A stretch of DNA of 64,000 nt from an uncultured Candidatus Micrarchaeota archaeon (lineage in GTDB: Archaea > Micrarchaeota > Micrarchaeia > Burarchaeales > Fermentimicrarchaeaceae): NCBI GenBank assembly GCA_963760615.1, contig CAVXDX010000014.1, positions 32,001-96,000 of the forward strand, read 5' to 3'. The notes under the pieces were generated by a model, which saw only the letters and a list, made by a program, of their open reading frames with translations, had not been told where the DNA came from and did not search any database. The translations under genes and the position numbers were made by a program. This document shows, piece by piece, positions 29,441 through 39,610 of this stretch; the first letter of the stretch is position 1; every line of letters starts with the position of its first letter.

Positions 29441-30289
29441 ATGGAATCCAAAAACCTGATAATCATTGGCGATGCAAGGCGGATGCCCGAGCTTGAGGAC
29501 GAGTCGGTACATCTCATCGTCACCTCGCCTCCCTATTTCAATGTAAAGGACTACGGGTCAAGCAGGGGGAACATCGGCGCGTTCGGCGATTACTACGAGT
29601 ACCTGAAAGCCCTTCATAATGTCTTTTCCGAGTGCTACCGCGTTCTGGATGAGGGAAGATGCATCTGCGTCAACGTGAGCGATGTAATCTCGGCAGACCA
29701 GAAATACCCAATTCCTTTCCATATTCTACCTATCCTTGAGAGGGCAGGCTTCAGGTACCGGGACGACATAATCTGGAAGAAGCCTAGCGGTGTCGGGCAG
29801 AACGCGGGCGGCGGGGCTGCCAAGCGGTTTGGAGTATTCCTCCAGAATCCCTACCCGATGTATTACTACCCGAACAACATTTACGAGCACGTACTGATTT
29901 TCAGGAAAGGGCAATTCGACTACAAGACAATCCCGAAGGAGAAGAAAACACAGGCAAAATTTGATCTGGAGCAGGCAAGGCAGTACCTGAACTGCGACGT
30001 GTGGGATATAGCACCAGCAACAAACAACCAGTTCACAAAAGATGCCCACCCCGCTATGTTCCCGGAGGTGCTTCCGGCAACGCTCATTTCTTTGTTTACT
30101 TATCTCGGGGAAACGGTTCTCGACCCTTTCCTTGGCAGCGGCACAACTCTCAGGGCGGCAAGGAGGTTAGGCCGGCTCGGGGTAGGCTACGAGGTGAACA
30201 AGGCCTACTTGCCGCTGATCAAGAGGAAAGTCGGTTTCTCCGAAGAGGAATTTGAAATAATAACACGTGGAGGTGAGAGGAATGAATAA
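29441..30289 (+). CDS. Orphan beta-class amino-DNA methyltransferase (probably N4-C)
   Basis: TSPPY (motif IV) precedes HPAMFP and DPFLGSGTT (motif I). Confidence 0.9.
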   Translation: MESKNLIIIGDARRMPELEDESVHLIVTSPPYFNVKDYGSSRGNIGAFGDYYEYLKALHNVFSECYRVLDEGRCICVNVSDVISADQKYPIPFHILPILERAGFRYRDDIIWKKPSGVGQNAGGGAAKRFGVFLQNPYPMYYYPNNIYEHVLIFRKGQFDYKTIPKEKKTQAKFDLEQARQYLNCDVWDIAPATNNQFTKDAHPAMFPEVLPATLISLFTYLGETVLDPFLGSGTTLRAARRLGRLGVGYEVNKAYLPLIKRKVGFSEEEFEIITRGGERNE

Positions 30290-30599
30290 ATTTGGATTGG
30301 CGCATGCGCTGTTGGTGGTTGGCCTGTTCGCCGGCATCCTGCTGGCCCAGGCTCCGCTCCAGATACCGCAGGACCAGCCAATATGCAGGCTCTATGGAAT
30401 GATCCAGGTGCTCGGAACGGTTGCCGGAGTGCTGGTTGCGGCATACGCGGGCTTCATCCTGGCAAGCTCGAACGAGATAGAGGAGAGGAACAAGGCAAAG
30501 CACCTGATAGCAGGGGTGATAACCGGGCTGATCATCATCTGGATAGCTCCCCTTGTGGTGAAGAGCCTTGTGGGAGCAACCGACGTGTGCGGGTGGTGA
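30282..30599 (+). CDS. TrbC/VirB2-like pilin 1
   Basis: Signal-like N-terminus; two TM helices; ERNKAKHLIAGVITGLIII motif; GGAGGTGA RBS. Confidence 0.75.
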   Translation: MNKFGLAHALLVVGLFAGILLAQAPLQIPQDQPICRLYGMIQVLGTVAGVLVAAYAGFILASSNEIEERNKAKHLIAGVITGLIIIWIAPLVVKSLVGATDVCGW

Positions 30600-30600
30600 G

Positions 30601-30831
30601 ATGGCTGCAATAGATTTCAGCAGCATTGCCCTGTCGCTCAAGGCACTGGCAGTTTTCTTCAGCGTGATCGTATGCGCATACGCCGGTTTCGTGCTGATGA
30701 CGAGCGAGAGCCCGGAAACAAGGAACGAGTGGAAGGAGATCATTGCAGGCGTGATCATAGGGCTGTGCATCCTGTTCCTGGCACCCATCATGGCGGGCCT
30801 GCTTACGGGAGGCTCTTACTGCGGGAGTTGA
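30601..30831 (+). CDS. TrbC/VirB2-like pilin 2
   Basis: AYAGFVLMTS..ETRNEWKEIIAGVIIGLCILFLAP, paralogous to pilin 1. Confidence 0.72.
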   Translation: MAAIDFSSIALSLKALAVFFSVIVCAYAGFVLMTSESPETRNEWKEIIAGVIIGLCILFLAPIMAGLLTGGSYCGS

Positions 30832-30835
30832 TTGC

Positions 30836-33379
30836 ATGAAGTGGTTGATCATTGCGGCATTGGTCATCGGGCTTGTTTCCGCCATGCCTGCCTGCGGGAA
30901 TTACCAATACCACGACTTTGTCTGGGAGGAGAATTATTTGGCTCCGGCAAGACCTCCTGACACTCTTCTGGACAATTGCAGGAATATCGGGGTTGACAAG
31001 TCGATATGCGATGCGATAGCAAACCAGAGCCTGACGGACTTGCAGAAGAGGAGGCTGGTGCTTGATGGGTTGTTAAGGAATAGCTCATTCCCTGATTTTG
31101 AAACCGCGAAGGCATGGAACAATGGGATCCAGTTCACCAATTACGCTCCTGACGGGATTGCAACAAGGAGCTCTACGAACATACGCGATGCATGGCTCAA
31201 GATTGTAGCGATAGACCCTTCAGTTTACGGCAGGAACGGCAACGGGCTTCTCGTCAACGGGCTTCTCGTCAACGGGAGCAGCGCAATAAACTCAAGGTAT
31301 GGGTTCAGTTTTGTGGTTGCAAGGGAGCAGTTTCCGGGCGACTGCGCTACTTCATATGAAGTTTGCGGCTACAATTCTGCCCTTCAGAATTGGTTCAGCA
31401 ATGGACAAGCAAATTCAAAGCTGGTTATAACCTCGCAGTATCTCATCCACCATTACGTTGAGGTCACGCACTGCTATTCCGTGGGTGATGAAACAATCTG
31501 CTATACCACCTGCGACTACGCCTACAGCGAGGACAGAAGGGATGCGCTGACGCTTACCGATAGGGTGGGCGTAAAAAACGAAACGGCGGGGAGTTTTGCC
31601 TTTTCGTTTATCGAATCGCAGGAGAAGGGGCTGGTTGACGGATGGCTTGTTTTCACCTCAACCTCTGATTTCAACTATGCGGAATTCGCAATACAGAATT
31701 CGTACATAAAATTCCTAGAGAGCGCATACAGGCTTGACTCGAATCTTACCCCTTATAACACGATAACGCCGGAAGCACTTGATTCGCCGAATGATTTCGA
31801 GTTCTATGGCACTGCAATAACTTCAAGGGAGGAATTCGAGGGCACAGGGAAAGCGCTCATTGATTACCTCAGCGAGAATGATTCCTCTGTTCTTGTGAGG
31901 ATGTCAGGAAGCAACGTGACAATAAACGACACTGGGAATTACCGGTATGAGAAGATCCATTTCCTGATCCCTGCGGAGGAGTTGAATTGCAGCTTTGATT
32001 TCTACAGCCATTTCTCACATACGCATCTGGACAACTTCTGCAACCTGAGCGGGCAGGAACCGGTAATAAACCTGACAGTTGCAAACAGGACCGATGAAAA
32101 CTTTGTAGTGAATGTCGGGTTTTACGACAACAGCACAGGAGACACGTTTGCGAATAAGACCATTGAGCTGAGGTACGGGAACCAAACGGTCTATGTAGTA
32201 ACTGATGACAATGGTGAGGCAGAAGCTGAATTCACTTACTCCCAGTACTCATCAATTGTTTACGCCGAATTCCAGACCGATTTCGAAGTAAAAAGCACCA
32301 AGGCACAGCTTGTCCTGCCATCGGAATTGCCGCCCCTGCTGCTGGATATCCTCTACCTGCTCCTGATCCTCCTGGCGCTTTACATCCTGTACAAGCTTTC
32401 AAAGAGGGCTTGGCAGGTAAATCCCAGTCTCGTTGTTTTTTTGCTGCTGCTCCCTGCAATAGTCCACGCCGGGAATAGTACCGTCAGCATCCAGGTGACG
32501 CAAAGCTCATGCAACACATCGGGTGATCTGGTTGCGATGATAGAGAACCTGCCGGTGTGCATCGCAGAGGCATTCTTCAGCCTCATTTTCAGCGGGCTGA
32601 CCCTTGCGGTACAGATGTTCATGAACGGGGCGTTTGCGCTTATCCTAGCGGTCCCGGATGTCAACTGGTTCTGCGGCCCTTATTCCCTTGTCATGGGCAT
32701 CATCGAATCGCTTTACACGCTGCTCCTGATGGGGCTCGGCATGTATTACATAATACGCTCAAGCGATGTGGAAGGGAGGATCACCGCGAAGAAATGGCTG
32801 AAGAACATATTCCTAATGATTGCGGTGCTGACATTCTCGTTTTACATTTTCCAAGTTATCCTGGAAGTGAACCAGGCAATCGCTTCCAACCTGCTTGAGC
32901 AGGCATCCACGGATTTCTTCAGCGTGCAAACCACACTTTCCGATTTCGTCTTTGCGGTGTCAATACTCCTATTCGCCAATTCCCTCGCGATGCTCACCTT
33001 TTTCACCCTCCTTATGCGGTACCTGATGCTGCCGTTCCTGCTCCTGCTCTTCCCTTTCGCAATCTTCTTCTACTTCATCCCGGTCACGGAGGGCTTCGGG
33101 AAATTCCTGCTCAAGCTAATCCTCCTTGTTATTTTTATGACAAGCGTCGATGCCCTGCTGATTCGCGGATTCTTTACATTGTTCAATACCGCAGACCCGA
33201 CACTTGCGGATGAGTTCATACGGGCAATGTCGGCAATCATGGCTTTTGGCGCGATAGGGATGGTGAACCTTGCGATATACGCGATAGCACTTCTTGAGGT
33301 GATGCAGCAGGGGTTGAAGATTGCCAGCCAGATCATCGCACAGGCAGTCAGGATAGCAATATTGGCAGCTTTGTTGTGA
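30836..33379 (+). CDS. Large exported/membrane protein with C-terminal VirB6-like polytopic domain
   Basis: Signal peptide, Cys-containing extracellular region, then multiple TM helices; position between pilins and PrgI/VirB4. Confidence 0.65.
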   Translation: MKWLIIAALVIGLVSAMPACGNYQYHDFVWEENYLAPARPPDTLLDNCRNIGVDKSICDAIANQSLTDLQKRRLVLDGLLRNSSFPDFETAKAWNNGIQFTNYAPDGIATRSSTNIRDAWLKIVAIDPSVYGRNGNGLLVNGLLVNGSSAINSRYGFSFVVAREQFPGDCATSYEVCGYNSALQNWFSNGQANSKLVITSQYLIHHYVEVTHCYSVGDETICYTTCDYAYSEDRRDALTLTDRVGVKNETAGSFAFSFIESQEKGLVDGWLVFTSTSDFNYAEFAIQNSYIKFLESAYRLDSNLTPYNTITPEALDSPNDFEFYGTAITSREEFEGTGKALIDYLSENDSSVLVRMSGSNVTINDTGNYRYEKIHFLIPAEELNCSFDFYSHFSHTHLDNFCNLSGQEPVINLTVANRTDENFVVNVGFYDNSTGDTFANKTIELRYGNQTVYVVTDDNGEAEAEFTYSQYSSIVYAEFQTDFEVKSTKAQLVLPSELPPLLLDILYLLLILLALYILYKLSKRAWQVNPSLVVFLLLLPAIVHAGNSTVSIQVTQSSCNTSGDLVAMIENLPVCIAEAFFSLIFSGLTLAVQMFMNGAFALILAVPDVNWFCGPYSLVMGIIESLYTLLLMGLGMYYIIRSSDVEGRITAKKWLKNIFLMIAVLTFSFYIFQVILEVNQAIASNLLEQASTDFFSVQTTLSDFVFAVSILLFANSLAMLTFFTLLMRYLMLPFLLLLFPFAIFFYFIPVTEGFGKFLLKLILLVIFMTSVDALLIRGFFTLFNTADPTLADEFIRAMSAIMAFGAIGMVNLAIYAIALLEVMQQGLKIASQIIAQAVRIAILAALL
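31240..31276 (+). repeat. In-frame 15-bp tandem duplication (CAACGGGCTTCTCGT x2 plus partial)
   Basis: Encodes NGLLVNGLLVNG. Confidence 0.9.
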
Positions 33380-33383
33380 TTTC

Positions 33384-34190
33384 ATGAGCTACGACATTCC
33401 GGACAAAGTCAGGTACAGGGAGAAGATAGTGTTCGGGCTGGACGGGAAGCAACTCATTTATGCATTGCTGTTTGGAATTGCGGCAGTCCTCGTATATAGC
33501 CTGCCTTTGCGGGGCGATCTTAGGCTTGTTGCTCCAGGGATAATAGAGCTGACCGGCATTGGGTTCATATTCCTAGGCTTTGAGGAAAAAACAAGGGCGC
33601 GCTGGTCGTATGTAAGGGCGGTTTTGCTGAAAGACAAGAAGGAGAGGTTTGCTAGAAAAGTAATACAAGTGAATGATATTGGTGAGGACAATTTTGTATT
33701 GGCAAATGGGGAGATAAGGGCGGTCCTGGAAGTCAGGCCTTTGAATTTTGCGCTTTTTGATGAGGACAGGAAGAAGTCGCTTATCAGCAACTACCGGGAT
33801 TTCCTGAACCACCTTACCTACCATGTCCAGATACTGGTGAGGACCACAAGCCTCAGCCTTGATGAGTATTATGCAGCCTATGAAAGCAGGGCAAAGGGAA
33901 TTGAGAACGAAGCCCTGAAGGAGCTATATCTGGACTTTAAGGGGTATGAAACCGAATTTCTGAAACTGAATGATGTCAAGGAACGGAGCTATTTCCTGAT
34001 AATCTGCCTCAGGCCTGACTCAAAAGACAAGGAGGAAGCAGCAAGGAAGCTTAGTGAACGGGTTGTGATTATACGGGAAAAGCTGACCGATTGCGGGATT
34101 GAAAGCAGGAGGTTGGGAAAAGGCGAACTCCTCCCGTTCATAGCTTCATATTTCGCCGCAGGTGAGCAGGGAGGTGCGGGTAATGGATAA
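33384..34190 (+). CDS. PrgI/VirB3-like conjugation protein
   Basis: YREKIVFGLDGKQL, two TMs, AVLEVRPLNFAL..FLNHL...VQI. Confidence 0.78.
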   Translation: MSYDIPDKVRYREKIVFGLDGKQLIYALLFGIAAVLVYSLPLRGDLRLVAPGIIELTGIGFIFLGFEEKTRARWSYVRAVLLKDKKERFARKVIQVNDIGEDNFVLANGEIRAVLEVRPLNFALFDEDRKKSLISNYRDFLNHLTYHVQILVRTTSLSLDEYYAAYESRAKGIENEALKELYLDFKGYETEFLKLNDVKERSYFLIICLRPDSKDKEEAARKLSERVVIIREKLTDCGIESRRLGKGELLPFIASYFAAGEQGGAGNG

Positions 34191-36502
34191 TACCAAGCAG
34201 CTTATTCCAAAGAGCATAGAGCTGTTCCCTGCTGCGGTGAGGATAAACAATACTTACCACAGCATAATCAAGGCAGGGGGCTACCCCAGGATGGTTGATG
34301 ACGGCTGGCTCCAGGCCTTCATGAGCAAGAATGACGGGTATGACATCTCGATCCATGTAGAGCCTTCCAGCATCAACGAAACGCTTGTCTTCCTGCACAA
34401 CCAGATAATGAGGCAGACTTCCGATCTTGTCGCTTCCACCGCAAAAGGAACTCCGAATCCCTCGCTTGAGATAAAGCTAGCTGACACGAAAAGGCTTCAT
34501 GATGCCCTTTACAAGGGCGAGGAAAAGCTGTTCAAGGTGTCGCTTTACATAAACAACAAGGCAACGGAAAAGAGGGAGTTGAACCTGCTCCTGGAGAAAT
34601 GCAAGGCGAATCTCAATGCGCTCCTCATCCTGCCGGTGCAGGTGAAATACAACATAATCGAGGGACTAATCTCAACAATGCCGATTGGGGTGGACGCGCT
34701 TCAGGAGCAGAGGGAGTTCCCAACAAGCTCTCTCGCTGCTACATTCCCTTTCCTCTCAACTGCATCTGCGGAAAAGAAAGGGGTGCTTTTCGCCCATGAG
34801 GAGACGAGCTTCAACCCGATATTCATAGACTTTGAGTCGATGTCGAACAAGCACTTCTTCATAATCGGAATTTCAGGCTCTGGAAAGAGCTATAGCGCCA
34901 AGTACCTGGTCATGCAGGCGCTTTTCGCTGAGAACCCGCAGGTGTACATACTCGACCCCAATGCGGAGTACAAGGAATTGTGCGAGTGCCTGGGAGGGGA
35001 GAATATCGAGATCTCCAGGCATTCCGAGAACTGCATAAACGTATTTGACCTGGCGGGCCAGGACTTGGGAGACAAGCTCCTTACCCTTGATTTCTGTTTT
35101 TGACATAATCACCGGAGGGGTATCCGAGTCGCAGAAAGGAGTTCTGAGCGAGGTCCTGCCCAAGGTGTATGCAAGCAAGGGAATCTACCAGGATGACCTT
35201 ACCACATGGCTGAATGAGCCTCCTGTTTTCAGCGATATGTACCGGGAGTTGAGGGACATGCTGCAGTCATATTCAAAAAGGGGAGGGAAGAGCTCACAGG
35301 ATGTCAGGAGGAGCATTGAAGTGCTGCTGAACCGGGTTGGGATGTATACAAAGAACGGCTTCTTCGGGTTCCTGGACAGGCCTACGAAAATAAAACTCGA
35401 GAAGAGGTTTCTGAATTTCGATCTGAGCAACCTCCCCCCGGCGGTCAAGCCTCTGGTGATGTTTTCGGTCATGGATGTCATCTCCAAGGAGATCAGGAAG
35501 GACAGGGAGCCGAAGATACTGCTGATAGACGAGGGCTGGGCATTGCTTAGGAGCAAGGAGGCGGAGAACTACCTGCTGGAGTTCATAAAGAGCTCAAGGA
35601 AATACGGCACTTCAGTTGGTTTCATAACGCAGGAGATAGAAGATCTCTTAGGGAGCGAGAGCGGCAGGTCGATTCTTAATATGACATCAACGAAGATACT
35701 GATGAGGCAGAACTCGAGCAATATCGAGCTAATTTCAAGGAACATGAGGCTGAATGACAACGAAAAAGATTTTCTTCTTCGGTGTAGAAAAGGGCATGGA
35801 TTGTTAATAACGGAGCATGGCCACTTCAAGTTCTTCACAAAAGCATCAGATAGAATACATGAGCTCATTACGACAGATCCACGGGAAGTTGCAGGCCAGG
35901 AAAGGAAGGAGAGGCTTCTCAAGATGCAGGAAAAGAAGGATGAGATGAAGTCAGTGCTGGAGGATAAGGCGAGGGAGTTTCAGGAGATCCAAGCGGCGAG
36001 AGGGAAAAGCGAGATATTTGAGCCGAAGGATACTTTGTACTCTGTTAAGGATCTGAGCACCAAGCAGATTGAAGAGCTTGAAAGGCTGGGATTTGAGCGT
36101 ATTCACACAACAAAGCATGGGAAGGGAGGAGATACGGACTACCTTGTTAAGCCAAGAGGCAACGAAACAGCACTGCACCATTTTATTTGCAAGGTAGTAG
36201 AGGAGGATCTTAGAAAGCATACAGAAAAGATAGAACTCAAAGAAACAATGGAACCTGACGTTCTTGCTGAAATAAATGGCAAAGTTATTGCTTTTGAAGT
36301 GGAAACTGGAAGCCGCTTAAGGCAGGACGAGGAGATCTTAAGGGGAAAGTTTGATAGGGTCAGGGAAAATTACCCGGTTTATTACATCGTAGTGACTGAT
36401 CGATTAATCAAGAACAAGTACAAGAAATTTGGCGAAGTCATAACCCGGGGAGAGATAAAGACGATAATTGAGCGCTTGGTTGCGCAGACCGAGAACAAGT
36501 AA
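34183..36502 (+). pseudogene. virB4: VirB4-like ATPase split by a +1 frameshift near 35084-35088
   Basis: 5' part has Walker A GISGSGKS; 3' part has LIDEGW and RKYG..GFITQ; removing one base from ACCCTTGATT joins DKLLTL to ISVFDII. Confidence 0.85.
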
Positions 36503-36640
36503 TATACATAGCATAAGAGCTGCGCGATATTGCGGTTTCTGGCAACCAGAGCATATGAAAAATAAGGAATCAGCTGCGCAAAGTTGTTTATAAAGCGTTG
36601 CGCAGCTTCAAATAAGGGAATGCCTCGGTTGCTTGTGAAT

Positions 36641-37264
36641 TTAATGCAACAAGACGTTAATAATCAGATGAATGAGGATAGGTGCGATGAGAGAGTTCGT
36701 ATCCACATACGAAAGACCGTATATCACACTAATTATCAAGATATATATAAAATTAAGCGGTTGGGACGGCCCTACATGAATCATTCCAAATAGTAGCGAA
36801 GTTAATATCACTGCAAATGGCAGATTGTCGTACAACTTAAGAAGTCTTCTAAGCATAAAACCCCGGAACACAATTTCTTCGAAAATTGCACCAATAAGAA
36901 AGCTAACAATCACCGCAGGAGTCCTATCATTAAGAATCTTTATACCAAATGGAATGAATATTGCTATCCACAATACCAGAAGAGAAAACCAAAAGAAAGA
37001 CTTGATAACAAATGCAAGCTTATTTTGAGGGATGCCAATGCCTATGTCGCTCATGCTCTGTTTTGATACATGGAGCTCTGCTGCAAGGAAAACAGCGATA
37101 ATGAGCAGGCTACACCACTCGAATACAAAACTACACCATGGAGGGAGACTATTCCGTATACCCATTAGTATTAAGGCAACTACAACCACTAAGAAAGCTT
37201 CCACGTATTTAGAAGTTTTAGTTCTATTTTTTGATTTTGTTTTCCCTGCCATATCCACAATCAA
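36641..37264 (-). CDS. CPBP/CAAX (Abi) intramembrane metalloprotease
   Basis: EEIVFRG, FGMIH, H..IN motifs. Confidence 0.88.
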   Translation of the reverse strand: MIVDMAGKTKSKNRTKTSKYVEAFLVVVVALILMGIRNSLPPWCSFVFEWCSLLIIAVFLAAELHVSKQSMSDIGIGIPQNKLAFVIKSFFWFSLLVLWIAIFIPFGIKILNDRTPAVIVSFLIGAIFEEIVFRGFMLRRLLKLYDNLPFAVILTSLLFGMIHVGPSQPLNFIYILIISVIYGLSYVDTNSLIAPILIHLIINVLLH

Positions 37265-37292
37265 CCAGCCTATATCCGTTTATTTGTTTTAT

Positions 37293-37463
37293 CTATAAGT
37301 CCTGCGGCATTATCGTATGCCTACCATTCTTCTCGGCCCTCTCGCAGGCTTTTTTCAGCAGCTCCTCAACAATGCTGTCCAACTTTTCATAAGTTGCAGT
37401 TGCAACTCTCTTCTTGTTCTGCTTCAGGAATGTTTTCACGCTTCCCTTTGTTACAAAGTCCAA
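37293..37463 (-). CDS. Histone-fold protein, 56 aa (not in ORF track)
   Basis: MDFVTKGSVKTFLKQNKKRVATATYEKLDSIVEELLKKACERAEKNGRHTIMPQDL; AGGTGG RBS overlaps the end of cdc6; TTG start. Confidence 0.85.
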   Translation of the reverse strand: MDFVTKGSVKTFLKQNKKRVATATYEKLDSIVEELLKKACERAEKNGRHTIMPQDL

Positions 37464-37464
37464 A

Positions 37465-38595
37465 CTAACCACCTTTTTTGGTTTCTTTTAACCTTATCAA
37501 CCTTGGTTTAAGCATCGAATCGCTGTTACTTGGATCTTCGACTTCGGCAGTTTCTATGATTCCCTTTGCCTCAAGCAGACTTATGTAATTCCTTATCTGC
37601 CTCTTTGTTTTCGTAATTTTGAGCTGGAACTCATCATAGAGCTGCGTTGATGTCTTTTCACCTTTCATAAGAATTTCCAGGATAAGCCTCTCCTCTTCGC
37701 TCAGACTAAGATTAGAAGTCTCGAAGGATAAGTGCTTTATTTCTTTTGCTTTCTTTTCATAGGTTGTTTTCTCTAGCACTGCCTCAAAATCAGCAAATTC
37801 GATTTTCTTTGCGTCCCTCTTCTCCGCATGCTTCGCTGACTTCCACAGGAGCTCAAGCGCAAGCCTGGCATTCCCGCCATTTGCGCAGCCGATCCTAGCG
37901 CAATGCTGCAGCAGGGAATCGTCCCATGCCCCGGCGGCAAGCGCAAGCTTTGCCCTTTCCTTCAGGATTGAGACAAGCTGCTCTTGCGTGTATTCCTTGA
38001 ATTCCATCTGTGTAAATCTCAGCGAGCTCCTTATGCGCATATCCAGGCTTGCAAGGAATTTTATGTTATTTGAAATCCCGATGATGCCGAAGAGTATGCC
38101 ATCCTTCTCATTTGCACGTGAAAGAGTGTAAAGTAATTCCTGTTCCCGATGAAAAGCAAGGCTGTCTACCTCATCAAGGATTAGCAGGACTGTTACATTT
38201 TCCCTTTTCATAGTTTCAAGTATGCTGTCAAAAACCTCATCAGTTGCCAAGCCTCTTCTTGGAAGCGCAAGCTCCATAGTTTGATGGATTTGCGAATAAA
38301 CGGCCATCTGGGTGGGATACTCCCAGCAGTTTACGTATACCGAAAGGACTTTTGAGGTTTGTTCTTTTAGCTGTTCCAAAATGAGCTTGGCACAGAGGGT
38401 TTTGCCGGTTCCAGAGGGACCATAGATGAAGAGGTTATCCATCTTCTTCCTTTTCAGAAGCGGCTTGATTGCGGCTGCGATCTCTTGTAGCTCCGCCTCC
38501 CTGTGCAGGGCCTCGGGTGGGGCGTAATCAGGCATTAATATTTCTTCCTTTGCGATTATGCCATTACCACTGCTGTTATAGAAAAGCTGTTTCAC
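37465..38595 (-). CDS. cdc6: Element-encoded Orc1/Cdc6 replication initiator
   Basis: GPSGTGKT, YVNC, LILDEVD, GNARLALELL, C-terminal wHTH. Confidence 0.92.
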   Translation of the reverse strand: MKQLFYNSSGNGIIAKEEILMPDYAPPEALHREAELQEIAAAIKPLLKRKKMDNLFIYGPSGTGKTLCAKLILEQLKEQTSKVLSVYVNCWEYPTQMAVYSQIHQTMELALPRRGLATDEVFDSILETMKRENVTVLLILDEVDSLAFHREQELLYTLSRANEKDGILFGIIGISNNIKFLASLDMRIRSSLRFTQMEFKEYTQEQLVSILKERAKLALAAGAWDDSLLQHCARIGCANGGNARLALELLWKSAKHAEKRDAKKIEFADFEAVLEKTTYEKKAKEIKHLSFETSNLSLSEEERLILEILMKGEKTSTQLYDEFQLKITKTKRQIRNYISLLEAKGIIETAEVEDPSNSDSMLKPRLIRLKETKKGG

Positions 38596-38656
38596 ACTCC
38601 CACTAGCCTTAATTATGCATGTGTGGTATTTTAAATTTAAGCCTCAATTCTTTGAA

Positions 38657-38681
38657 ATTTCTGCGGAAATGACGGGTCTAA
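38657..38681 (-). promoter_or_regulatory. Putative operator TTAGAC-N5-ATTTCCGCAGAAAT upstream of cdc6
   Basis: Matches 29344-29368 at 19 of 20 non-spacer positions. Confidence 0.55.
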
Positions 38682-38734
38682 TGAAGGCAATAATTATAAA
38701 TACTGCTGTCTTTATAGTATGTGGGGGTTAATGA

Positions 38735-39610
38735 TTGAAACTATTACAGGGTGTAAAGGTGGACGATATACCTATAGAACTAAACGAAATTAAAAATCAG
38801 TATTTAATAGGAGATTGTAAAGATGTTTTATCATTAAAAGTTCCAGCTAATACCTTTGATCTAATACTTACATCACCTCCTTATGCAGACAGTAGAAAAA
38901 ATACGTATGGCGGGATATCCCCGGATAAGTACGTCGGGTGGTTTGTTGAGAGATCCAATGAATTCTTGCGCGTGCTTAAACCCTCAGGGACGTTTATTCT
39001 GAACATTAAAGAAAAGGTAGTTGATGGAGAAAGACATACCTACGTTCTTGATCTTATACAAGAGTTAAAAAGACAGGGTTGGATTTGGACGGAAGAGTTC
39101 ATCTGGCATAAGAGGAATACCCATCCGGGTAAATGGCCCAATAGATTTCGTGACGCTTGGGAGAGATGCCTGCAGTTCAATAAAACAAAAAAGTTTAATA
39201 TGTACCAAAAAGAGGTTATGGTGCCTATAGGGGACTGGGCCCAGACCAGATTAAAAAATCTTTCTGAAAATGATAAAAAGAGAATGGCATCTAACGTCGG
39301 TAGTGGATTCGGTAAAAACATTTCTAAATGGCTCGGGAGAGATATGGTTTATCCAGATAATGTTCTTTATTTACCTACGGAATCAAGCAACAAAAATCAT
39401 AGTGCCGTATTCCCTGTTGATTTGCCTTTGTGGTTCATCAAACTCTTTACTAAAAAAGGAGATTTTGTGTTGGATCCATTTGCAGGATCAGGAACTACCG
39501 CAGTTGCTTGCAAAATCTTGGAGAGAGACTACCTTATGATTGACATAATGGAAAAATATAAGAAGGTTGCCGAAGAAAGAATAAAATGTGAAGCAGATAA
39601 ACTTAGATGA
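38735..39610 (+). CDS. Type II R-M methyltransferase (beta class, probably N4-C)
   Basis: TSPPY, HSAVFP, DPFAGSGTT; overlaps the endonuclease gene. Confidence 0.92.
   Translation: MKLLQGVKVDDIPIELNEIKNQYLIGDCKDVLSLKVPANTFDLILTSPPYADSRKNTYGGISPDKYVGWFVERSNEFLRVLKPSGTFILNIKEKVVDGERHTYVLDLIQELKRQGWIWTEEFIWHKRNTHPGKWPNRFRDAWERCLQFNKTKKFNMYQKEVMVPIGDWAQTRLKNLSENDKKRMASNVGSGFGKNISKWLGRDMVYPDNVLYLPTESSNKNHSAVFPVDLPLWFIKLFTKKGDFVLDPFAGSGTTAVACKILERDYLMIDIMEKYKKVAEERIKCEADKLR

Noticed and set aside
29441-36502. Provirus interpretation of the large element
   Set aside because: No capsid, terminase or portal-like genes recognised; pilin, PrgI and VirB4 point to a transfer system.
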